The notes: generated by a model from the sequence alone, not told the origin. A DNA stretch of 64,000 nt from Promethearchaeati archaeon (GCA_013166775.1 JABLTJ010000027.1:9588-73587), one strand, 5' to 3'. Positions 1-11,089 are shown, numbered from the stretch's first letter. Made by a program: numbers and translations.

Positions 1-641
1 AGATCTCCATTGATAACGAACTTATCTATTATCGCTTCTATCTGATACTCTTTTTCTTCATCTAGTTCTACATCTTCACTAGTATCGACAATCTTTCCAT
101 CTACTCTGACTTTTCTATAACCTTGATTTCTTACTGTATCGAAAAGATATCTATAATTTTCATCATATACTTTAGTTACGATTGCACGGATTTCTATTGT
201 TGTTTCTTTAGGGAGAGAGAGTATTTTATCTGCTATTTGATTAGAGGTTTTGATCTTTATTTCTTTGTCACAATAAGGACAATGAGCTGTTCCACCTATG
301 GAATAAAGTAATCTTAGATAACTTCCTATATCAGTCAAAGAAGCTACTGTACTGCGTGGGTTGGCTATCCCTCTTCTTTGCTGAATACTTACTACAGGAG
401 AAAGACCAAGTATCATATTCACATCTGGTTTTTTCATAGTAGGTAATCTAGTCCTAGCCCAAGCTGTTAGTGATTCTAAAAATCTTCGATGTCCTTCACC
501 AAAGAGGGTATCAAATACTAGGCTGCTTTTACCAGATCCACTTACACCTGTAACAACTGTGAATTTCTCTCTTGGTATCTTTACATTGATATTTCGAAGA
601 TTATTTTCTCTTGCTCCTATAATCTCAATATCTTTCTTCAT
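1..641 (-). CDS. uvrA: Excinuclease ABC subunit A, N-terminal part (runs off window start; absent from ORF track)
   Basis: Manual translation from ATG at 641: MKKDIEIIGARENNLRNINVKIPREKFTVVTGVSGSGKSSLVFDTLFGEGHRRFLESL...GLSPVVSIQQR...NPRSTV...CPYC. Start overlaps the upstream TAA (TAATG). Confidence 0.92.
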   Translation of the reverse strand, partial: MKKDIEIIGARENNLRNINVKIPREKFTVVTGVSGSGKSSLVFDTLFGEGHRRFLESLTAWARTRLPTMKKPDVNMILGLSPVVSIQQRRGIANPRSTVASLTDIGSYLRLLYSIGGTAHCPYCDKEIKIKTSNQIADKILSLPKETTIEIRAIVTKVYDENYRYLFDTVRNQGYRKVRVDGKIVDTSEDVELDEEKEYQIEAIIDKFVINGD

Positions 642-1579
642 TACTCATCTCCTCCTGTATAGGTATAAGCTATCTCATTTACCTGAATGAAGCTCTTAGA
701 TGTCAACCTTGCGGGTTGAGCAAATCTCTCCAAATATCCATACTGATGTAACCATTGACAGTAAGCTAAGGTTGCTACCTCCCACCAACTGGATTGCATC
801 ATCTTGTTCAGATGAGTTGTAATATCCGTTATGCTTCTGACTTCTTGTTCTTCTCTGAAATAATCGATAATAATACTGAAAATAGATTCGGTTCTTTCCT
901 CAAGATAAGTTCGGATTAATCTTATTATATCTTCCATTTTCACCTTATTTGTGGTTTCTAATATAACACTTGTAAAAATGGTATCAAAAAGCTCAGACTT
1001 GTATTTCATCGCTTGTTCTAAAACTTCCCTTTTTGGTACTTCTCCATTCAGTAATACTTCTATTTGTGCTAATCTATCAAGCAATCTTACAATAAACAGA
1101 TAGCTTTGAGCAACATCATTCTTCATTATTAGAAATTTTTCTGCCTTTTCTAAATCACCTATTACCATAGCTACTATTGTCAATATCTGCAATTCAACAT
1201 CTCTTTTTCCTGGAGATTGTGCTTGTTGAATGTATTCGCTTATAGTTTCATCTTTAGAAAAAAGAATCTTGCTAGTATTGATCATGTGTTGAAACCATGA
1301 ACCTGTTAATGAGCGCTCAAATTGTCTTTTGAAATTATTTCTCGAATATACAGATACTTGAAAATTTAAATCATCTTGATCTAACCAATAGAATCTGTAT
1401 GGAACTTTTTCATCATTACTTATTAAAAAGATATCAACATCCGATTTCTCCCAAACATTTCCTTCTATCAAGCTTCCAAAAAGCACTGCTGTAATTATAT
1501 TTTTATCTTCTTTGATGAAATCAACAAATGTTTCAAGAGCTTCATCAAATCTTTTCTTTACATTTTTTTTCTCATTCAT
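641..1579 (-). CDS. Nucleotidyltransferase-domain protein (Pol-beta-like, YgxA-like), translationally coupled to uvrA
   Basis: FGS-x8-SDVDI motif near the N-terminus, helical C-terminal region. Confidence 0.75.
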   Translation of the reverse strand: MNEKKNVKKRFDEALETFVDFIKEDKNIITAVLFGSLIEGNVWEKSDVDIFLISNDEKVPYRFYWLDQDDLNFQVSVYSRNNFKRQFERSLTGSWFQHMINTSKILFSKDETISEYIQQAQSPGKRDVELQILTIVAMVIGDLEKAEKFLIMKNDVAQSYLFIVRLLDRLAQIEVLLNGEVPKREVLEQAMKYKSELFDTIFTSVILETTNKVKMEDIIRLIRTYLEERTESIFSIIIDYFREEQEVRSITDITTHLNKMMQSSWWEVATLAYCQWLHQYGYLERFAQPARLTSKSFIQVNEIAYTYTGGDE

Positions 1580-1617
1580 TCTTGATTCCTCTTATTTTAA
1601 GACGATGTTGTTGCAAC

Positions 1618-1651
1618 GTATTGTTCGCGAGAAAAAATCTCACGAACATAC
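1618..1651 (-). promoter_or_regulatory. Inverted repeat/hairpin upstream of the NTase-uvrA operon
   Basis: gta-t-tgttcgcgaga-aaaaa-tctcacgaaca-tac; the single mismatch is a G:U pair on the minus strand. Confidence 0.4.
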
Positions 1652-1756
1652 AAACCGGTTCAGAAAATAATTCTCTGATAGAATTATAAAATATGGTCGA
1701 AGAACTACTGTATTCTGGTATTCCAGTTTTTATGAACAAGCGAATACTATCATCAT

Positions 1757-2455
1757 ATGGAAATGATTTTATATGGATTTTTTTCTTCTGTTTTGGAGTG
1801 GATTATCATAGTTCATGAGTTTTTTATTGCTTTGGGAATATCTTTTACAATGGTATTCACAGCAGAACTAGGTGATAAGACACAATTGTTTACTTTTCTA
1901 TTAGGAACTTATTTTTCAGAAAGAAAATTATTGTTAGCTCTATCTGTTTTTACTGGGATGGGATTGGTTACACTTCTTGGAGTTGGTATAGCAAAACTCT
2001 TTCAACACTATCTAGAGATTTCCATTCTACAGATTATTGGTGGATCAGTATTTATTACCTTAGGTGTTTTAACTCTAGGAAAAGCAATCTATGATCGATT
2101 CAAAGATGAAGAAGATGAAGTGTGTGAGATTCCTGAAGAAGAGAAGACAGAAAAACGCATAATGAAGCTGCTGAAAACAAAGAATCCTTTTATTTTCGTT
2201 GGATTGTTAAGTATTTTTTATATTTTGATGGAATTAGGAGATAAAAGCCAAATAATGATACTTATGTTACTTATTACAAATAATTGGGTAGGTGTTTTTA
2301 TAGGAGCAATGATTGCCTTTATGATTTTGAATGTATTAGGTATTTTTGCAGCTTCTTTTGTTAAAAAATTATGTGATAATAATCCATTAATAATGACTTT
2401 AATAACAGCATCAGTTTCTTTAGCATTAGGTTTATGGATGATTCTAACTAGATGA
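1757..2455 (+). CDS. TMEM165/GDT1 (UPF0016) Ca2+/Mn2+ transporter
   Basis: Two ELGDK[T/S]Q motifs separated by an acidic loop. Confidence 0.92.
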   Translation: MEMILYGFFSSVLEWIIIVHEFFIALGISFTMVFTAELGDKTQLFTFLLGTYFSERKLLLALSVFTGMGLVTLLGVGIAKLFQHYLEISILQIIGGSVFITLGVLTLGKAIYDRFKDEEDEVCEIPEEEKTEKRIMKLLKTKNPFIFVGLLSIFYILMELGDKSQIMILMLLITNNWVGVFIGAMIAFMILNVLGIFAASFVKKLCDNNPLIMTLITASVSLALGLWMILTR

Positions 2456-2516
2456 TATTATAATAACTCAACAGTCAGAAAATAATTTAAAAAAATGGTT
2501 TAATCTGGCAAATCTG

Positions 2517-2942
2517 CTAATTAGCATCTTTTGCTTCTGATAAATGTTGCTGGCATATTCTCCAGCTTCCTTTTCGCTTTTCTAGAACTCCAGTCCATCT
2601 GATATTTTTAGAACCCCATGGTTCTCCATCGAATTCTCCTTCATCGTCTACTATAGCAGAGAACCAAGATACATCTTTACTTTGTGAGATTACAATTCTT
2701 AGATTTCTTATTTCATATCCCTTAGCAATGTTTCGTGGATCCATCCATGAGTCCAAGAATTTTTCAAACTGATTCCAGCCTATGGCAGTACTCTTGGAGT
2801 CTGGAAAAATTGAGAAAAAATCATCATCATTTGCAAAGATACTTTCAAAGAGTGCTCTATCTTTGGTTAGAGCCCATCCAAAAGCATCATGGAGAATTTT
2901 GCTAATCTCTTGCTTAGCTTTAATCTCATTTGAAGTTGGCAA
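2517..2942 (-). CDS. SnoaL-like/NTF2-fold protein
   Basis: RWTGVLEKRKGSWRICQQHLS C-terminal motif; paralogous to 31439..31855. Confidence 0.8.
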   Translation of the reverse strand: MPTSNEIKAKQEISKILHDAFGWALTKDRALFESIFANDDDFFSIFPDSKSTAIGWNQFEKFLDSWMDPRNIAKGYEIRNLRIVISQSKDVSWFSAIVDDEGEFDGEPWGSKNIRWTGVLEKRKGSWRICQQHLSEAKDAN

Positions 2943-3084
2943 ATCAAATCAACAAAGAATCTATTTCACAAACCATAATAAGAATTTTGTATTTGTGAAA
3001 AATTAATCATTAAATGAAAGAGAATATCTACATGAAAAAAAATACACCCCTCATCTATGAAATAATCTAAATTTTTATACCAAA

Positions 3085-5499
3085 TTATTCATACAGAAGA
3101 GCTGAAACCACATTGGTTTTTGATGCTCTAATTCCAGGATAGAGTGTACTTAATGTACCAACTATAAGGCCAATTGCTATTCCTATCAATATATCAAACG
3201 GTGATAAGATAAAACTGCATAGTAAGTAAATATCTGATACTATTTTTACAATTAGCATTCCAAGAACAATTCCGAAAATGAAACTTCCAATAATACTAGC
3301 TATAACACCAATAAAAACACCTTCTATTAGAAAAGATGATGTAATCCAAGTTGGTTTTGAGCCTATAAGTTTCAGAAGGGAAATTTCTTTTTGTCTTTCT
3401 GATGCTGACATTATGAAGGAATTCATTCCACCTAGAAATGATATAATAATCCCAAATACAATTACTATAGTAAAAATATTGAGCACAAAATTCATTTGGT
3501 CTTTAAATATATCTTTTATTTTTCCAATTCCATCAACATGCCAAGCTCTGGCAACTATTTCTTCATATTTCTTTAAATCACTAGTTATTTCTTCTTCTAA
3601 AGAGTTATCTTTAAGTTCAAGATAAACAGTATTTACAATGTTTGAATCACCACAAAAATCATTCATTGTACTCATTGGGATGTACATAATGTGACCATTT
3701 TGTTGTAGATCTTCGATTATTCCTACAATTGTAAAATTCCTAAATTGTTTGTTAGATTCCAATTCAATAGTTTTATGTAATCCATGATTCATCCCTGAGT
3801 GTTTTTCGATAAAGAGTCGTGTTACTACAATATTGCTAGTATTAGCATCGGCTGAAGTCAATAACCGACCTTCTACTAATCGATAAGATTCCAGAATAGA
3901 ATCAGAGGGATATATTCCTAAAAGTGGAACATACATATGAATTCCCCAACTAGTATCATTATATCCTGCCCAGTACCATCTGATATAATGAATGGCTTTG
4001 AATTCATCAGTATAATGAGTAGATGTATAACCATCAACAACATACTGAACTTCTGTCAAGTTTGTTTCTGGAAGATATAATGAGATATCAGTAGGTTGAT
4101 TATCATACATTTCATCAACACCTTTCAAGTAACTGTTTCTAGCAGCTGTAATTGAAACTACTAAAGCAATGGCCAAAGAAAGCATTAGAATATTCATGAT
4201 TGATCTTTTCTTATTTCTAAACAGATTTCTAAAACTGTATTTCCAAATCACAATCTTTTCCATTGCTTTGGTTTTATTTCTCTTAATCTTTAAAGGAGCA
4301 TCTCTAAATGCTTCCATAGAGGTAATTTTTAAGGTTCGAAGGATTGTTGGTAATGCAAATATTACTGAAGTTGCTACAGGTATTACTATTCCTAATGCAA
4401 TTGATAAAGGTGTAACCTTAAAGATAAAAGTGCTAACATTGAAAGGCGCTAATATCATTCTGATTAATAGCCTTGAAACTCCTAAAGATATCACGATTCC
4501 TAAAATAGCACCAAAAATGCCGAAAATTACTGCTTCTAAGAGATAAATAGAAAGAATATGTTTTTTTCTTCCTCCTATAACTTTTAGCAATGCAATATCT
4601 CCTTTTTCTGCAGCTACTGCCATTTGAATTGTATTAGCTGATAGTATTCCACCAGTAATTAAACTAAAAACACCCATCAAAGTTATAATAGCTCCTATTA
4701 GTCCAAGTAGCCAAGTTCTCCAATCTGTTTCTAGATTATAATAATTTGTTGCAAAAACATCTATCCCTTCATTAACTAGTGCCTTCTTTACTTTTTCAGA
4801 TTCAACTGGTATATTGTCTACATCGATTAGTTTCACGAATACACTAGTAACAACATCTTCTTTGCCAAGAAGTGTTTGAATTTGATCAATACTTATCCAT
4901 ATCTGTAAAATGGTTTCAAATGTATAGCTAGGAGAATAGACATTACGTGCATATCCAACTACCTTTAAGTCGATTGTATTTACAATTTCTTCTTCGTTCA
5001 AATACTTGAATTCTATAGTACTATTTAATTGGACATCAAATTCCTTAGCAGCAGAAAAATCTAACAGAATTTCATTTTTCCCTTCTTCAGGCAGCTCTCC
5101 TTCTACTAGAAATATCCCAGCGAGCGAAGTTAGACTTGCAATTCTTTCTATTTCAATACCTCGCAATTCTGAATTATGTATCTCTGAATTGATCTCGAAC
5201 GAAGCAGAATATCGGAATGATGGTTCATAATCTTTTACTATTGGAACATTAGTCAAATAATCATCTTTCCAGATAGAAACAGTTTCATAATCAAATAGTA
5301 TTTCAAAATCTGCACTGTTTATACCATAGTCATACTCAGCTGATTCAAGTATGCTATCAGAAGTAATCATAAAACCAGTTATACTGAAAACACCGATCGC
5401 TAAACCAAATATTGTTAATATAGTTCTTAATTTCCTTTGATTAAAATCTCGCAAAATCTTAAGAAAAAGCAAATTCCTCACCTCATGACTGATTACCAT
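3085..5499 (-). CDS. MacB/FtsX-family ABC transporter permease (duplicated)
   Basis: Two FtsX repeats (RTILTIFGLAIG...EIALLKxIG), 804 aa, coupled to ATPase. Confidence 0.9.
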   Translation of the reverse strand: MVISHEVRNLLFLKILRDFNQRKLRTILTIFGLAIGVFSITGFMITSDSILESAEYDYGINSADFEILFDYETVSIWKDDYLTNVPIVKDYEPSFRYSASFEINSEIHNSELRGIEIERIASLTSLAGIFLVEGELPEEGKNEILLDFSAAKEFDVQLNSTIEFKYLNEEEIVNTIDLKVVGYARNVYSPSYTFETILQIWISIDQIQTLLGKEDVVTSVFVKLIDVDNIPVESEKVKKALVNEGIDVFATNYYNLETDWRTWLLGLIGAIITLMGVFSLITGGILSANTIQMAVAAEKGDIALLKVIGGRKKHILSIYLLEAVIFGIFGAILGIVISLGVSRLLIRMILAPFNVSTFIFKVTPLSIALGIVIPVATSVIFALPTILRTLKITSMEAFRDAPLKIKRNKTKAMEKIVIWKYSFRNLFRNKKRSIMNILMLSLAIALVVSITAARNSYLKGVDEMYDNQPTDISLYLPETNLTEVQYVVDGYTSTHYTDEFKAIHYIRWYWAGYNDTSWGIHMYVPLLGIYPSDSILESYRLVEGRLLTSADANTSNIVVTRLFIEKHSGMNHGLHKTIELESNKQFRNFTIVGIIEDLQQNGHIMYIPMSTMNDFCGDSNIVNTVYLELKDNSLEEEITSDLKKYEEIVARAWHVDGIGKIKDIFKDQMNFVLNIFTIVIVFGIIISFLGGMNSFIMSASERQKEISLLKLIGSKPTWITSSFLIEGVFIGVIASIIGSFIFGIVLGMLIVKIVSDIYLLCSFILSPFDILIGIAIGLIVGTLSTLYPGIRASKTNVVSALLYE

Positions 5500-6256
5500 T
5501 TGATATGTGAGAGATTATTTTTCCATCTTCGATTTCAATAATTTCTGTACAATAATCTAGAATTCTTGAATCATGACTCACCACAATAATGGTAATACCC
5601 TGTTCTAAATTTAATTTTTTTAATAGTTCTAAAATTTCTCTTCCACTTGTACTATCTAAATTACCAGTAGGTTCATCTGCAAACAATATTTTAGGAGAAT
5701 TAATTAATGCTCTCGCAATAGCAACTCTCTGCTTTTGTCCTCCTGATAATTGAGATGGTAGATGATTTACTCTGTTCTCCAATCCAACCAAAGAGAGTAA
5801 TTCTAAGGCCTTAGCTTTTCTCACTTTGTCTTTAATCCCACCAAAATATCCTGCCATCATAACATTCTCTAGGACAGTTAAAGTTGGAAGAAGTCCGAAA
5901 AATTGCAACACAAAACCAACATTTCTTGCTCTAAATTCAGCTAATGAACTTTCCGTTTTTCCCAGAATAGTATAGTTATCAAGTTGTAATAATTGTTCTT
6001 CTTCTTTTGTTGGTTTATCTAAACCTGCTAATATATGTATTAAGGTAGATTTACCACTCCCTGATGGTCCTATAATAGCAACAAAAGAACCTGTTTGAAT
6101 TTTTAGATCAATATTTTGTAATGCAATTGTTTTAACGTGAGAATTATTATATACTTTTGAAAGATTCTGTGCTATAATAATTGCATCATCATTAATTGCA
6201 AATAAATCATTTTTTTGTTCAGTTCTTAACATTATTCTCGTCTCGTTATTATTCAA
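5483..6256 (-). CDS. LolD/MacB-type ABC ATP-binding protein
   Basis: GPSGSGKST, LSGGQKQRVAIARAL, DEPTGNLD. Confidence 0.95.
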   Translation of the reverse strand: MNNNETRIMLRTEQKNDLFAINDDAIIIAQNLSKVYNNSHVKTIALQNIDLKIQTGSFVAIIGPSGSGKSTLIHILAGLDKPTKEEEQLLQLDNYTILGKTESSLAEFRARNVGFVLQFFGLLPTLTVLENVMMAGYFGGIKDKVRKAKALELLSLVGLENRVNHLPSQLSGGQKQRVAIARALINSPKILFADEPTGNLDSTSGREILELLKKLNLEQGITIIVVSHDSRILDYCTEIIEIEDGKIISHISNGNQS

Positions 6257-6629
6257 AGTACGATATTCACAACAAGAGATAGCATTCAGAAACTTATAAA
6301 TGCTCTCATTAGATGAGAAAGATATATTATATTTTAAAATGATGTTCTCCTAAAAATAGAATGTTTTTAAGAACGCGCCTAAAGAGTTATGGATAAAGAG
6401 TAGAAAAATTGGAAAACAAGCTATTCCAAATATTTCGGATTTCCAAAATAAGGGTATTTTCAAACTAAAAGGAGATATTCGAAAATGATACCAGATTCAA
6501 GATACTGGAAAATTATAAGCACAATATTTCTAGCTTTAATAATTGATTAGTTGGTTATACAATAATTGGGGTCATCTCGGATTTTGTAAAAAACGAGAAT
6601 TTTTGAATTAAAAAAGCTCTACGTTAGTC

Positions 6630-7196
6630 ATGAAAAGGGGTTTGCTTTTTGTTTTAATATCAATAATATCTTTTTCTTCACTAAGTTCAGCTTCAACAAT
6701 TTCTCATATGTTCACTGCCGGATATGGTTCAGAATTTACATTAGAAGTTACAGTGGATAATATACAAACAGAACAGCAAGTAATCTATAATGTAACGATG
6801 AAGCTTCAAATTGATAAATTTGGTTCCAGTGTGTCTAAAATAAACCAAGTCCGTTTATATGCAAAAATATTGGGAGAAACTTATCAGACAACCAGCTACA
6901 AGCAAGGTGAAGAAGATATACTAAAGTCACCTGGTTCTTCAAAGAGTGTAAATGCTAGCTTTTTATTTGATATAACAAACGTTACAGAAGAAGTCATAAT
7001 CTACAGTGCTGCATCATTAAACGAGTATCTCTTTGAAGATACTTTCAAAACCACATGTACTGTTTGGTTTAACGAACAAACAATAACAATGGAGCCAACG
7101 ATGGAAACAAGTTACATAGGTTATTTAACCATTGTATTTGCTATTAGCTTGTTAATAATCGTTAGATTTCATAAAAAAGAAAAGAAGAGAAGATAG
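6630..7196 (+). CDS. Secreted protein with C-terminal TM anchor and basic tail
   Basis: N-terminal signal peptide; C-terminal hydrophobic helix followed by HKKEKKRR. Confidence 0.75.
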   Translation: MKRGLLFVLISIISFSSLSSASTISHMFTAGYGSEFTLEVTVDNIQTEQQVIYNVTMKLQIDKFGSSVSKINQVRLYAKILGETYQTTSYKQGEEDILKSPGSSKSVNASFLFDITNVTEEVIIYSAASLNEYLFEDTFKTTCTVWFNEQTITMEPTMETSYIGYLTIVFAISLLIIVRFHKKEKKRR

Positions 7197-7377
7197 TTAG
7201 GTAAGGTTTCTCTTACGTCTAGCTATGTACATCTTAAAACTGATTCAAGATTTTAGCTTCCAGAGAGCTATAGATACAACATTTTTTTTTAAAGATTGAT
7301 TTTAGAAATGACAATCTCAATGAACTCCTAGACAGTTCATCAAAAGATAATTATATCACAACTGATAATTCTTATCC

Positions 7378-8325
7378 ATGCGAATAGGTTTGCATATAGG
7401 TAAATTTAACTGGCCTGGAAGCCCAATTAACATTTCTGACAAGCTAACTGAAATTGCTAAAGCTGCAGATAATGCAGGTTTCTACAGCATTTGGATCATG
7501 GATCATATTTTTCAGCTTGGAGCTCAGTATGGAGAGATACATGGGCCTGAAGAAGATGAAATGCTAGAAGCTTACACAACAGTTGCTCATTTAGCTGCAG
7601 TAACCAAAAGAATCAAAGTAGGAGCACAAGTTACTTGTAATTTTTTCAGAAATCCTGCCCTTCTTGTTAAGATGCTTACAACAATAGATGTTTTATCAAA
7701 AGGAAGAACCTATTTTGGAATAGGAGCTGGATGGTTTGAAAGAGAAGCAGTTGGATATGGATATGATTTTCCATCGTTAAAAATACGTTTTCAACAGCTT
7801 GAAGAATCTTTGAAGATTATCAAACACATTTGGTCTGGAAATACTCAACCTTTTGAAGGTAAATTTATCACTCTTAAAGAACCTTTGAATAATCCCCCTC
7901 CAATAACTAAACCCCATCCTCCTATTTTAATAGGTGGATCAGGTGAGAAGAAAACTCTTAGATTCGTAGCAAAATATGCTGATGCTTGCAATATTGTAAT
8001 TGGAACCACACTAAAGAATGCTGGAGTATTAACAGGAGAAGATTTTACATGGGATAATGCCATGGAACGCGTAAAACACAAATATTCTGTTCTCAAGCAA
8101 CACTGTAAAGATGTAGGACGACCGTATAGTCAGATAGAAAAAACTGTTACTACTTACATTCAACTCTCTCCTGATGCGATGAGTGCAGAAGATGTAATAG
8201 AGATATGTAAGAAGCTAAGCAAAATCGGATGTGAACATGTGGTATTTAACATGCCCAATGTCCATGAAATAAAACCCCTTGAGATAATGGGACAACATGT
8301 AATTCCAAAGGTTTCAGATTTCTAA
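7378..8325 (+). CDS. LLM-class F420-dependent oxidoreductase
   Basis: WIMDH, LEAYTT, RNPALL, GIGAGW, PILIGGSGEKKTLR motifs. Confidence 0.9.
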   Translation: MRIGLHIGKFNWPGSPINISDKLTEIAKAADNAGFYSIWIMDHIFQLGAQYGEIHGPEEDEMLEAYTTVAHLAAVTKRIKVGAQVTCNFFRNPALLVKMLTTIDVLSKGRTYFGIGAGWFEREAVGYGYDFPSLKIRFQQLEESLKIIKHIWSGNTQPFEGKFITLKEPLNNPPPITKPHPPILIGGSGEKKTLRFVAKYADACNIVIGTTLKNAGVLTGEDFTWDNAMERVKHKYSVLKQHCKDVGRPYSQIEKTVTTYIQLSPDAMSAEDVIEICKKLSKIGCEHVVFNMPNVHEIKPLEIMGQHVIPKVSDF

Positions 8326-8441
8326 ACAGGTTCTAAGATAAGAAATAAAATAATAAGACTTTCAAGTATTAATCCAAGGTTTACTTCTAGAATTTTGTAA
8401 AAAGTAAGAATTTGTTTATTTAGAAAAGCTTTCCGTTCTTA

Positions 8442-8717
8442 ATGAGAAGAAAATTACTCATTGTACTAATATCATTGATATTCTTTTCTTCACTAAATTC
8501 GGCTTCTGCTGCTACTTGTACTGATAATGGTGAGTATGGTTCATTATATACCTTAGAAGTTGAAGTAGAAGAAATTCTCAATTTAGTTCGTCTTCTTGAT
8601 CCACCTATCTATCTAAAGGAGAAAGTACCACTATCTGTCACACCTACTGCAATAAGAGAACTTTACGTCAAAATATTGAATCAATTACAAGCTATTGATG
8701 AAAAAATATCTGAATGA
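8442..8717 (+). pseudogene. Chimeric remnant: diverged 5' copy of 6630..7196 fused to an unrelated tail
   Basis: First ~45 aa match 6630 (ISLIFFSSLNSAS...YGSLYTLEV vs ISIISFSSLSSAS...YGSEFTLEV); ~50 bp upstream is also similar; similarity then stops abruptly. Confidence 0.7.
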
Positions 8718-8770
8718 TGAATCTCATATAAATTCAGAATAATATTGAAAAAAAAGAAAAAAAAAGAAAG

Positions 8771-10483
8771 TTATGTTTTGTATCTTTTACGTCTGAATCT
8801 CATCGTTAAAACTAGCATAGCAATTATTGTTAGAATACTGATGGGTATTACGAATTCTCTAATGTGTGTTATCGAATATTGGACATGCACACAATTAGAT
8901 GGTGAGCTGTTGAAATGAACATTATCAGCAACAACAACATAACCATAGATTCCTACATCAGGTAAAGTGTCAATAGTTTCATTTGCACTAATTGTATATA
9001 TTGGATCTAAATGATCAACAGACCAGATAAATGATGTATCTCTATAGACATAGTATTGTCTAACACCTTTTGCTTCATTCCACTCTAGTTTTAGTGTATC
9101 TGTACTAATCTCATCTGGAACTATAGTAGCTAATGTAGGTTCAGCAGGTGGACCTATAAATCTCTTAAAATGGATGTCAGAATCAAGACCATAGTATGAT
9201 AAATTCGTATAATCTATCCATACTATATTCACACTTCCATACTTTCCAACTGATAAAGAAGGAAATCTAGAAGTTGTAGTACTGTCTGTGGAAATAGCTT
9301 CAATTTTTGACCAAGTTTCAGTATTGGATGAGAAAAATCTATAGATAATATCTAGAAATGTATCCTCACGATCAAAAGCTGCAGAATCTTCCCATGCAAC
9401 ATGGATATTATCATCCGGATCTATATCAATGGAAGGTAACCAAGAAGTGGAAACTCCAGTATCTGATATTACTTCAAGTATATTCCAACTAGCTGAATCT
9501 TTATCATAGATTCTATAGAAAATATCAGCATCTCCTACAGCTCCATCAAAAGGCATTTCGTCGTCCCAGACTATATGAACATTATCAAGAGAATCAACTG
9601 CAATATCAGGATTTAATGACATGTCGTTACTTTCATTGGATAAGACCACAGTTAGTTGCCAGATTTTTGTTGTTGCATCTAAATACTTGTAGAAAATATC
9701 GTAATCACTACCTGAACCCAAGTAGACAGTCGGATCGTACCAAATAACGTGAACGTTACCAATGGAATCAATAGCTAGTTGAGGACACAAAGAGTGATCA
9801 GTGCTTTCAGTGGAGACAACTTGAGTAGTTGACCATGATTGTTTTGTCTCGTTCCAGATTTTATAGAAAATATCAAATTCTCCACCAGCACCTAAATAAT
9901 CTGTATTGTCACCCCAAACTACGTGTATATTATCCGATAAATCAACTCCAATTGAGGGATTGACTGAATTTACAGAGCTTTCAGTTGAGATGGTAGTAAT
10001 ACTAGACCAGCTTTGCGTAGTAGCAATCCATTGTTTATGTAGAATAACTTGATTGTTTTCATCTCACACAAAATGGACATTATCTAACGAATCAATAGCA
10101 ATATCAGGAGCAAATGATTCTGCTGTGCTTTCAGAGACAACTTCAGTAACAGTCCATGTATTTGAATCTGTTTCCCATCGTTTGTAAAAGATATCTCTAT
10201 CTGTACCCGCTCCTAAATAATTTGTTGGATCCCACCAGACAATATGAAGGTTCCCTATAGAATCGGTTGTTATTTCAGAAAATTCAGAGTTTTGGGTACT
10301 CTCCTTTGATAGAACTTCAGTATCTGTCCAAAACCAGTCAGAATCTCTGATAGATTCAAATTGTCCATTCTCTGATTTTATTTGGAGAGCATTTAGAGTT
10401 GCAAGAAGTACGAATGAAATAAGCAAGAGAAGAAAAATAGTTCTTAGGTCTTTAATTAAACTTCCTTTTTTTATTTTTATCAC
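8771..10483 (-). pseudogene. Beta-propeller (BNR-like repeat) + FN3-like surface protein, interrupted by one in-frame TGA at 10064-10066
   Basis: ORFs 10064..10483 and 8771..9790 are in frame, and the 91 codons between them are open and continue the DSxDNxHxVWxD repeats; C-terminal TM+RRKR. Confidence 0.85.
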
Positions 10484-10615
10484 CTCTAGAAATTTTTATG
10501 ACCTAAAATTGTACACTGATTCATTTTGTAATAAAGATTTCTCGAATTAGGGTAATTAAACTGCTTTCATCCTTTTATTCAAAAGAATTTTAAGGAGATA
10601 ATCTTTGATAGACAT

Positions 10616-11089
10616 ATGAAAATAATAAGTTTCTTGGGAGTTAAGGAGGATTTTGAATATCAATGGTTTGACACAACAGAGAATTATACAGTGATTCAAT
10701 ACATTGCTTTAGATGAACAAGGAAGATACGAGGTTCAGATTGGACAAACTGATAGAGAAGCATATGGTTTAAACAGAAAACGAGTTGTGGTTTTTATTGA
10801 AGGCTATCCCTATGCTGAATTTGTTGCTGCTGATGATTTTGATAAAACAGGTGACCTTCTTTCAGAGATCAGATTATTACAAGAAGACAATCGCTTGGAT
10901 ATGTGTGAATATCCAGAAGAAGGAATCCCATCAATGTATGCGAGCTTTACTGTAGAAGGTTTACCTAACAGGATTAAAGCAAAAGGTGTCCATAATGCTT
11001 GGTCTGTGGTTGCAAATATTAGTGATCACAGAGCAATGATAGCACTAGCTTTCCTAAGAAAAAAAGAAAAAGTGATGTTTGAGAAATAA
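10616..11089 (+). CDS. Hypothetical protein
   Basis: 157-aa ORF with protein-like composition; no motif recognised. Confidence 0.6.
   Translation: MKIISFLGVKEDFEYQWFDTTENYTVIQYIALDEQGRYEVQIGQTDREAYGLNRKRVVVFIEGYPYAEFVAADDFDKTGDLLSEIRLLQEDNRLDMCEYPEEGIPSMYASFTVEGLPNRIKAKGVHNAWSVVANISDHRAMIALAFLRKKEKVMFEK

Noticed and set aside
123-311. Short + strand ORF
   Set aside because: Antisense shadow of uvrA
1580-1756. yybP-ykoY Mn riboswitch ahead of the GDT1 gene
   Set aside because: No recognisable consensus; the hairpin pairs better on the opposite strand
3278-5230. Three + strand ORFs inside the ABC permease, and similar nested antisense ORFs elsewhere
   Set aside because: Shadow ORFs with no motifs that overlap well-supported genes
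10064-10066. Selenocysteine or genome-wide TGA=Trp recoding
   Set aside because: The position aligns with Trp, not Cys; no convincing SECIS downstream; TGA is the evident true stop of several intact genes (e.g. 2455, 33222, 39338)
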